From NCBI GenBank assembly GCA_001687465.1, contig LVLI01000579.1, positions 1-36,100 of the forward strand: DNA of 36,100 nucleotides, in the 5' to 3' direction. Both the position numbers and the translations under genes were made by a program. The notes beneath the pieces are model-generated. The model was not told the origin of the DNA. It was given only the letters and a program-made list of their open reading frames with translations, and ran no database searches. Source of the stretch: Halocafeteria seosinensis (lineage: Eukaryota). Shown here piece after piece: positions 13,001 through 23,400 of the stretch (position 1 is the stretch's first letter; each line of letters starts with the position of its first letter).

Positions 13001-13285
13001 ACGTGGCCTTTCTTAGACGAAGGGCTCGTCGAAGACCCAGAGTTGGCCGCTGCTGCTTTGGCGGCCTTCTTTTCTTCGGCTTTCCGGCGCTTCTCTTCTT
13101 TCTGCAAGTCGCTCCTCAATGTAGTAGTAATGGGAAACGGAGCAAAATGAAGTTTCATAAGAGGAAACACTTACTTTCAGCTGAGACTTAGATTTACCAC
13201 TATCCTGGGGAGATGAGGAGTCTGTATTGACGCTCTCCTGGAAACGAGACCCCAATTCGGTCTCCTGTCGTTCTTGATCTGCCAT
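10068..13285 (-). CDS. MARS1: Methionyl-tRNA synthetase, cytosolic type, with C-terminal EMAPII/Trbp111-like tRNA-binding domain
   Basis: [16 protein letters not shown] (HIGH motif), CGTDEYGT, Zn knuckle [48 protein letters not shown] (KMSKS motif). C-terminal LDIRVG...[13 protein letters not shown]...[15 protein letters not shown]. Lys-rich N-extension; about 7 introns. Confidence 0.97.
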
Positions 13286-13928
13286 CTTTCTCTTGTTGTG
13301 GATGCAAGAAAGCACAGACTGCAGCAACACAAAAACAGCATCAACGTGGTAAACCCGAGACACAACACATACGACGATAATATTTGGACAAACAACAACA
13401 GAAGAAGGGCATTTGCAGCAGTCAGCGAAAAGTGTCCTTCTCGGGGCAGGCCCTGCAGGGGCAAATCGTAGTGTATGATACACTTACAGAATAATAACTA
13501 CGCAGCTTAATTCGCAATAGAAACAAGCTCAATCACAGCAAATGCTGATATTCCCTTCGTTCGACGATTTGATAACAACTACCTATCTGATAGGATGAGT
13601 GGACAATGTACATGGCATGCCACGCCACCTGTCAACTTCGACAAGGCCCCCAGGGGCCCCAGCCCGGGCCGTGAATAAGATTGCCATACGAGCAAAGTGG
13701 TGTTTTGTGCGAAGCGTAGCCAAATCTACCCACTCTCAATCACTGCATTAGCGGAAGGCACCCAACTCCATGAGATTGACGGGGGGAAGGGGCATGGCAC
13801 TGCATTTGACTGACGAACGTGTGTGAGTGTGAGTGGCTACCACGGGGCATACATGCCTCTTGGAATACAGGAGGTACACTGGGAAACATCCATGACACGA
13901 GGAGCAAGAGTGCAGCATAAGTTTGAAG

Positions 13929-15837
13929 ATGCTCACATTGGGACGCGCAACCACCATTTCAGTCCTGTTTCAATTGTTTTTGACCGTCAGTGCTACACTC
14001 ATTACGCACGAGCAACTTGCATTGCACCGGTGGCTGAATGAGCAGACTCGTGTAAACGAACGACGACGGGGAGCAGCAGCAAGGAAATCAATTTTACATA
14101 TTCACGTAGAAACATGGCTAAATCTGGAACATAGTTATGGGGTTGTCGGCCAGCAGTTCTTGGAAGCACTCCTTGATGAGTCGTTGAGCAGGGAGAGTAT
14201 TGCATCATCCAACGGAGCCGACGATCCCACCCCTCTATTAGTATCTGCGAGCTCCGTCCCGAAGTATAACCCACAATGGCGATACACCATCGGCATTCAT
14301 TCTGAAGAAACTCGTAAGAAGCTGGCCAACATTCCATTGGGAATCGTACATGAGCGGGGCAAAGAGAATTACCCTATCTACGCCTTCCCGATTCATCCTG
14401 AAGGAGTACCCGAACGGCTAATCCCTGTTTCCATGTGGCGTCCGACCGCCAACGAAAGCACCCATAACCAAGTACTTGCCAACGCGTACCCTTTATACAT
14501 AAAGGGGTTTGGTTCCTCTTGGGAACAGAAGGAAGCTGTTCGTCTCGGGAACTTAGAAGCGTTGCCAAAAGTGGCGTGCCCTCACATAATTGTGCGGTTC
14601 CAATTTCCATTTAACTTTGAAATTCCCGAAAAGTGTTCGTACACTAAGTTGTTTGTTCATGGTACAGCGGAATATGGACATCTAACTGATGCACACAAGA
14701 CAAACTTGAGCTTCGCATGGAGCGATCTCGCCTTTATGGATCGCGTGGAAATAATTACTCCATCGATGTGGTCATTGAACGGGATGGTCTCGTCCGGTAT
14801 TCCCAGAGACAAGGTACGACTTTTGCCACACGGAGTGAATCCATTCGTTTATGCAAGGTCACGGAAACGAAGGAACCTTATTCGCAAACGATTGGGATGG
14901 GAAAAATGTACAGTATTACTTCATGTTAGTTCGCTAACCGAGAACAAAGGGATAAATGAACTCTTGGCTGCCTATTCGCGAGTCATCAACACACTGAAGC
15001 TCTTCTTTGAGGAAATACACCAAGCTATGCCCTGTGTACGGCTATTTCTTAAGGGAAACAGTAATCTGTACAAAGGGACCAAAGACACAGTAAAGCGAAT
15101 CTATAGCAACGATGTTCTCGCACCCCTCGTTCGGAACAAGAATATTGATTTTTCCCTGGAATCTTTCTCTTACGAAGTAATCAGAGACATGATCGTTGTA
15201 AGTAGCGTCTCCCTGTTAAACTGTGTTCAGAAAAGCTCAATTCATCTGGGGTAGCAGGCTGCTGATGCTTATGTTTCTCCCTACCGAGCGGAAGCGTTCA
15301 ATCTTCCAGCACTAGAAGCTATCGCCGCAGGAACCCCACTAATACGTAAGGAATTTTATAACCGCTGTGTACCTCAGGTAATGTACGTTTTGTATCCACT
15401 GTGACGCAGTAACTAGCGGTGGAGCCTCAGATTCTTTTGCCGCAACGAACGTCGCCAGGAAAGTAGCATCCCGTTTACAAACTACGCCTGTCCGTAATCA
15501 GTTAGTTTCTACTGAAATACTCCCAGATGTCGTAAATTTGACTCAAACTATTCTAAGTGTCCTTATAGCAGCGCTAGACCGTGAAAAAAGAGCACCGAAA
15601 ATTGCTATCCGAGACGCTCTAGAAAGAAAAAGCTCGACATATTTGCCGTCTCAAGAACAGCTACGTAGTGATGTAGCGTGGCTAGCGAAACTAAAGGAAG
15701 ATCCCTCCGAATACGTAGTTAAGAATCATTGGTGTTGGAGTCATATAGTGCAGGATTGGCTTCGGAGCTTGAATGCTGATGACAGTAACAACTTCGGCCG
15801 TTTGAGTCCCGAGGTAGATGGCAGTGTCTTAACTTGA
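13929..15837 (+). CDS. GT-B fold glycosyltransferase family 4 with N-terminal signal/anchor
   Basis: MLTLGRATTISVLFQLFLTVSA hydrophobic N-terminus; IITPSMWS, LLPHGVNP, LLHVSSLTENKGI. After an intron (~15197-15257): AADAYVSPYRAEAFNLPALEAIAAGTPLI (E-x7-E motif). Second intron ~15346-15409; TGA ends at 15837. Confidence 0.9.
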
Positions 15838-15906
15838 TTAATCGAATACGGCAATTTTTCGTCGTTTCTAAGTGGGTCGCGTTATTAGATGAGCAGTGGG
15901 GAACAA

Positions 15907-16825
15907 CTACGATACCATCGGGATATTCTCCGGTGTTAAAAAATTTTGAGCCGAGTTTGCTGTACAAAGCATTGAACAACTGAAGTCGCGCCGTCGGATG
16001 ACGTTGTCAACCAAAGGAATAATATCTGTCTCCGCACTATCGACGATTCTATTCAAACCAAGTAAGGTGCTGCTGCTGGTCACCGTGCGGTTCACTCCGT
16101 AACAGCCTGGGGCACTCCAGCTGCGCACGCAAATAACAGCCGGTGAGCGATGACGAGCCAGCCAGAATATCAATATGGTTTAATGGAGCCTTACTACTGC
16201 GACTGTCTTTCCTTTTAGCGGACCACGTTAGCAGCAGTTGTTTTGAAGATTTCACCACGTCCGTTTTCACCAGTCTCGTTGCCTGCAGCATCTTACTGGA
16301 AGTTAGTTGCAGGGAAGTCTCCCTGTTAGCAGCACCCACCTCATCGTCTAGTTTATGTCCCTGTGAAACTTTTCCGTGGGCAGCAGCATCCGTGTCTTCC
16401 AACTCGCCGTGAGCAGCCTCATTAGACGTCTCCTCCTGAACACCTTGTGAAAGTTTGGTTGTGCAGACAAACCCGACAAATAGGTAGCAACGGGAGGGTC
16501 ACAGGTGCTACAAACCCGGTGGCATGCCTCCTACTAAGATTGACTTCCTCTTCAGACTCTCCGAATTACTATCTAACCGTCTCCATCATGTGTGGTTGTG
16601 GCTCCACTTGCCGTGTGCCACTAGAGATAGCAGCGAATGTTTCTACCGCAGATTGTCGCGTCGAACACTGAAACTCGCTGGTTCGAACCGCTGGAACGTT
16701 CCCTGGAACCGCTCTCCGCGGAAGGGGCTTGGAGAGGGCCTGTCAGAGGCAGCGCCTGAGCCGGACCCTCTCTCATAGGGACCATACTGTAGCTGCACTT
16801 TGTCGCCCTCAACGGGCTTTTTCAT
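15907..16825 (-). CDS. Possible hypothetical protein (exon structure unresolved)
   Basis: ATG at 16825 (MKKPVEGDKVQLQYGPY...) and an open acidic segment ~16440-16049 (VQEETSNEAAHGELEDTD...). No family motif recognised. Confidence 0.3.
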
Positions 16826-17222
16826 GTCGCGTCCCGGACACTTCGTTCGAACCAAAAACCCAGCGTTCCTTCGCTTACACTAACGACGAAATAATGCAGT
16901 AAATATAATTTCCTCAGTGAAATACATGTGCATGTACGTGCATTCAACAACAACAAAAAGACATGAACCGTGTTACATTGTCGTCGGCAAGAAGTGGGTG
17001 CTTGCGGCGGAATAATTCAACTCGTTGGTGATCCAATGTTACATTGTGAATTGGATCGTTGAATAAAGTTGCGGTCCCATGTCCCTTTCCCTCTCTCTTA
17101 GTTGGCTTCCTTTTTGTGAGTCGGTGGGCATAAATGTTGCCGTTCCGTTGGTTGCGGGGAAGTGCTCTTGGTACCACTACTCACTAGATCAACACAACGG
17201 GCTCCTCTGGTTTTCCAAGGAA

Positions 17223-17631
17223 ATGCCCGCCATCACCGACGAAGACCGAGACCTTTTGTTTCAAGTCTGTGAATCGAAAGATGCCCGTGCAGCACTCGAT
17301 GTCAAAGAAATCTTGGAACCCTATCAGGGAAGCATCGATTTTAAGGTGATCCGAAATGAGGATGGCAAGACGCCACTTCACGTGGCCGCGTTTGAAGGGA
17401 ATATGGCAGTCTGTAAGGTACTCATTGAGAGATACGGCGCCAGTGCTGATGTGAAAGACTATGTACGTGTATGATAGGGGGGAATTGACGTAGAATAGTA
17501 TTATTTTACCTGGTTTCCTGCTGCAGGGAGACATTCTTCCCGAGAAATACGCACGTTTTGGCGCCCACACAGAACTTGCAAAGTATCTGGAGCAGCAGCG
17601 TTCCAGCAGTCAGTGCTGCATATGCCAGTAA
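17223..17631 (+). CDS. Small ankyrin-repeat protein with C-terminal CaaX motif
   Basis: Exons 17223-17462 and 17527-17631 (phase-0 GT-AG intron). DGKTPLHVAAFEGNMAVCKVLIERYGASADVKDY|GDILPEKYARFGAHTELAKYLEQQRSSSQCCICQ*. Confidence 0.85.
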
Positions 17632-17802
17632 TGATGTAGTATAGTCAAAGAATTCCAAGGGAGAAGGTCCTGGTGTTGAAAAAATCTCCGGGGAGTATTC
17701 GATCCCAGGAAGACGGCAACGTTGGGCAAACACATGCCATGATGACTCGTAAGCATGGAACAAGCAGTTTCATTGTTAAAATGGAAAAGAGCGAAAGCAA
17801 AA

Positions 17803-19858
17803 TTACTTTTTGTAAGAAGGCATGACTACCGATTGGCGTAAGTCTCCCTTCTTGGCACTATCGAGCTTCCAAAGACTGCTGACAGTCTTGATTTGGGTGT
17901 AGAACTGTGCTCCAGCTTTGCCGTAGAAGTTAACATCACCTCTGATACTATCCTTGTTTCCGGTGAAACTGAAAAATGGGAGTGGTACAGGAATGGGTAC
18001 ATTCACACCCACCTGACCAACGTTGATGTCTCTCTGGTACTTGCGGGCGGCGGAGCCTGATTGAGTGAAGATGGCGCAGCCATTTCCGTAGCGGTTCTCA
18101 TTGGTGATTTTCATCGCTTCTTCCATAGAGTCCGCTTTCATAATGCACAGTACGGGCCCAAATATTTCCTCTTTGTATGCGGTGTTGTCCGTCGTAACGT
18201 TGTTAAGGATTGTCGGGCCTAAAAAGTTGCCCTTTTCGTACCCCGGCACTTTCACTCCACGGCCATCAAGTAACAGCTCAGCTCCTTCCTTCACGCCAGC
18301 TTCGATTAAATTCTCAGCTCTTTGTTTCGCTTCAGGGCTGATCATTGGTCCAAGATCCGCATCAGGTTCATGCCCCGCATTAACTTTGAGCTGTTGAGCA
18401 CGCTCGACAATTTCAGGGATCCATTCTTGAGACTCTCCGACGAAGACAGCAACAGTGAGTGCCATACAACGCTGCCCAGCGGCCCCGAAAGCAGAACCGG
18501 TGATACTGTTGATAACTTGCTCTTTGTCTGCATCCGGCAAGATCGTTGCATGGTTCTTCGCTCCCAGGTTTGCTTGGACGCGCTTTCCATTACGTGATCC
18601 GCTGCAAGCAAAATTGTTCATACTGGTTAAAGAATGAACACTAAGAACTCCGATGCGGGTTACTTACCGGTCGTGGATGTACTCTCCAGCATTATTCGAC
18701 CCAACAAAGGAGATTGCCTTCACCTCAGGGGCATCGCAAATGAAGTTAACAGCATCGTGTGCTCCATGGATAATGTTTAAGACACCCTTCGGGAGGCCTG
18801 CTTCCAAAGCAAGCTCAGCCAACCTCTGCATTTGGTGAAGACGAATATCTTGCTTCCATTTCGGGTTATGTTACTTTGCACTACAAGCAGCACTTACGAT
18901 GCAAGCCCCAGGGTCCCTCTCGGATGGCTTGATGATGGATGTATTCCCCAATGCCGTAGCCAGAGGGAACATCCACAGCGGAATCATGGCAGGGAAGTTA
19001 AACGGACAAATACCGGCAGTCACACCCAGTGGCTGACGGAACGAGTACGTGTCCAACTCTCCAGCGACATTGTCCACAGTTTCTCCCATGGTAAGACTGG
19101 GTGCCGAACAACTATGCTCGACAACTTCCAATCCCCGGAATACATCCCCCTTGGCATCCGGAATAGTCTTGCCTTGTTCTTCAGTGATAAGCTGCGCGAG
19201 CTCCTCGGTGTGGTCCCGAATCAACTGTTGGTATTTGAGAAATACACGAGCCCTCTGCTGCACTGGGGTATCCCTCCAGGAAGCGTAGGCTTCCTGCGCG
19301 GCCTCGGCGGCTTGGCGCATCTGCGGAACGTACAGTGTACCACCATCATCCACTTCAGCCAAACAACCTAAGCGACTATGGTAGACATACCTCATCCTGT
19401 GTGGACTGAGGAACGCGAGCGACAACTTCATTCGTGGCGGCTGCAGGAGAGGAGGGAAACCAATCCAGTTCCCACGTGTAGACCGTCTTTACTCCAAGCC
19501 ATACGTACGATTGTGGATATCGAACCACTTGTCAGAGCTCGACTGCTTGAATTCGCCGTTGATGAGATTGGGCACATTCCTCTGTAAATGGAAATATAGG
19601 TGAATTAAGGCACGAAATCATCTTGTTCTTCCTGAAATAGACACGGACAGCAGAAGGGGGGAGACGAAGAGGCCCAAAAAAGGTCAACGCACAACGCATT
19701 CTACAACACGCTAAGTTCAGCAATATCCGAATGGCACACTATATGCTCATGCTATGACATACCACTTGAGTAGAGAACCAAGCTGAGTTCCTCATGCCCA
19801 TGGCACGAGTGTTTTGCAGAGCTCTGCCGGTAGAATTCCCACGTAAGAGAGACAACAT
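17803..19858 (-). CDS. ALDH6A1: Methylmalonate-semialdehyde dehydrogenase (acylating), mitochondrial
   Basis: Presequence-like [81 protein letters not shown], catalytic [34 protein letters not shown]. About 5 introns. Confidence 0.97.
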
Positions 19859-20432
19859 CTTGCTTGATTACAATACGATACGCAAAGCAAATAAACGAAC
19901 GAGCGATATGAATGCAAAGCTTCTCCGCATGCACTTCAGTATTGTTTTCTTCACCGGATGGTCAACTCGCGGACGTCAACTTGTTCCATTGAAAACGATT
20001 CCGGATGTGGGGTGAAGTCGCACTTCAAGCGGCACTTGGTCCACGTGGAACGTGCAGCATTATGTGCTCGAGTCGTGGTACACCTTAACACGTAAACGGA
20101 CTCCAACGTGGATACGCTCAAGTTAGTTTCGTGCTATGTTGAGGCTGCTTCTCACGGAATTTTGCTTTGCATGATGTCAAATGTAAATTGCCGCCAGTTC
20201 TCGACACACACACAAATGTGACAGATAGCCCACCGGCCGGGAAGTTGACCACATCCTCTTAACGAGGAGCGGTAAGCGCCCGTGTTAAGCAGCGACGGGC
20301 CCGCAGTTCTCGAACCAGCTGCTGCCGAATGTGTTGCAGCAGGTACAGTATCCGTGAAACCAAATACAACTAGTACCGTGTACATTGGGATAGAAATATT
20401 TGGATTTTTGAAGCTTTGGTTACAGTGGGTAT

Positions 20433-23400
20433 CTATTTCTCACCAGCGCTCGGTGGGATCGAGGGTGCTGAAACTCCACGACGGGATGGAGTTTGAGGTG
20501 GCCGCACATTCGTTGGCTGCGACCGAGAATTGTCCTGCTCAATCTTGCTCAGCGACTGTTGACAGCTGCTGGCGAACTCTAGCAAAGTACTGAAAACTTG
20601 CTCAGAAGTTACAGTGTTGGGATCTTCGGCAAAATAGAGGACAACTTTCTCTGCCAAGTCCTCTAAAACTCTCAGCTTCTCTTCAACGGCACCAAATTTC
20701 TGCTTTGCGTCTGTACCGAACGCTTGTGCAATCTGGATAAAGGATCTGCGATCTTCCATCTGACAAGGATTTTTCGGCAAGGCCTTGAGTGGCTTTTTTG
20801 TAGCGCGTTTTCTCAATTTTCCTGCGTTTTGTATGCTTGCAAGAAGAGGATTGGCGGGTGTAGTCGGAGCAGGTTCTGCCGTGGTGCTTTCATCCTCAGC
20901 AGTTTCTTCCACGGACTCCTGAGCACCATCGAGGTCTGCAGATTCTGAATTTGCTTCCCTTTCACAGTTTTTCAGCTTTCCACGCAACAAATTCATTTCC
21001 GACTGAATGTCGCTCAAACATATCTTGTTAACGTCGCGCAGGGGCGATAGATCTGTAATCAACTGTGGGACTACATTCACGTCACGCTTATGCGTGGTCC
21101 TTATTACAAAGTCCAACACGGTCGTTGTACGGTCATTGCCCTTTGTGGTGAACAGTTTATTTAGTGACTCAAGTGTAAAGCCCTGGGCGCTAGCTTTATT
21201 AGTTCCTTCGTTCAGCTTGTTTCCCACAGCAAGGGCAGCTGTGAGCACAGCTCGTAGAGCTTCAGAGTCAAGCACGCCATTGGCTGCTGCCGTTAAAAGA
21301 TCAACACGCTCTTTTAAATCGGAAAGAATACTCGGAAATCGGTGGTAGAGGATACTGAAAGTAAGTTTCTGCTCAAGCCTCGGAACTCGAGAACATGTCA
21401 GGAACCACTTTTCAACCTCTGGTAAGTTCTCCGGTTTAACACCACAGTCAGAAATTTTCCCCACTTCTTCGGTAGTAGGAAGGAGCTCTGATAAAGTCTC
21501 AGATTGATCAGGAGATAGTGTGAGCTTATAAATTGCTTCCAGAATGTTCTCGTGTTTCCCCATTTTCTTGAATTGGGCGAGTGAGATGGAAACGTTGTTC
21601 CTCCGCTTCATATCTACGATGTTTACATTTGACTTAGTAGTCGCCTTCTCAACCTTGTTCTGACTACTAGAGCTGTTTTTGATGGACTTCGCGGACTTGG
21701 ATGCAAATACTTGGTGAAGCTCTGCGAGGTCATCATTGTCCAGTTCTTCTTCGAAGGCGCTTTCATCGCGCGACGTTGCCCACACGCTCTGGGCCAATTT
21801 TTCTTCCGGGATGGCGTTCCAATGTACTTTGAGAAGCGGAATTTTCGACCTCCTATTCGCTGCAGCAGCATTGGCCTGTGATTGAGGACCTTTAGGAGGA
21901 GGACCTTCACTTGGTCCGAGCAATGAGTCAGCGTGCTCCTGTGAATCCGAAAACGCAACTATAAACTTCCGGATAGTGGCTTTCTGGACACCATCTTGGA
22001 TCATCTTGCCCCGCACTGCACCCAACGGCACATGCATTTGGAGCATCTTCGCGTATTTTTGAAGGTCGGAGTCATCCTGAAATTCTTGTTTCCATTCCGC
22101 TCTGGTATCTTCGGCGGGGTATTTGGATGCCGCAACATTCTCCGTCGGGCCGTTTTTCGAACTCTCCTGTACTTTAGCTACTTTGTATTCGTCTCCATTA
22201 CTTTCATTGGCTGATTCATTGACCTCTTCCACACGCTTCATCAATAACTTCAAAGCTGGTCTGCCGTTATGTGTGATAAATGCTTCCAACTCTTCGTCGA
22301 ATTGCTTTCTCCGTTGCTCATCGAAGTCACCGTCCAATTTCATTTTCTGTTCCACGCTCTCTGATGGAATGTTCATGCTTCTCATTCTCAAATACTTAAT
22401 AGATGCACTGGAGTATAGTGTGGGATATGCAACACTCCAATCTTCGCTTTTATCTGGACTATTGACTGAGTGCTTCGGTGTTTTAGTGCCATTTGCCTGC
22501 TCCTTCTGCTCTATCAAGGCGGGCAAGGAATTAATTTCCTCTGTTGTACAACCGTCTTGCTTCATTTTGTGCTGAACCCCTTCAAGCGGAATTCCCATGG
22601 ATACCATTTTGACGTATTTGGAAAGATCTGCTACAAGCTCCTTTTGTATAGTATCCTCGGCATTTCTTACAGGACTGGCGCTGGAAGAAGTGTTTGCTTC
22701 CGCAGATAAACTATCAGTACGTTTAGCAGAAATCCGGTTAGTGCAATCTAGGGCATCGTTCGAGTTCTGCTCTGCTTTACTGGTTGCGACCCCGTGCAAA
22801 TTAGAACCAGTGGTGTCCACTGACGTCTTAGCCGGTTCCGTCGTGGCAGTTGGGGACGTAATAGCCGTTCCAGAGCTAGAAGAGTCTGGCGGTACGATTG
22901 TTTCCGAATAACTATCGTCCGTAGATCCTCTGGTATTCGGTAGAGAATAGCCGTAACCGGAAACGTCGGCGTATTGGTTGCTATTGATCTGAGCTTCGTC
23001 GCTTTCGAAGTCAAGTGCGCGGGAAAAGGACTGTTGCTCTGCGTTTCCGCTTCTAACAGACGGACCGCAGGAATAGCTCCCACGTGAGTAGGTCAGTCCA
23101 GGGGTCAGTGGTCCGCATGCATGGTCCTGTGTCGTGTCAATGCTAGTGGCCGTACCATGTTCGTCGATACTCACTGGTTGACTATTTGGAACAATGGGGA
23201 GATCATTGCCACCTGAACGCGTCTCACAAGCTTCCAATTTCTTGCTGTACGGCTGGGCGTAAGGAGATTGGAGGCCATGACCCTGGGGAGCCTTCATATT
23301 TTCCGCGTCTGATCTGTACATGTATTCGTTTCCATAGAACTGGTCAGGTCCTTCCGCCTTCTGATGGTATGGAGTAGCCATTTTCTCTAATGGTGGTGTT

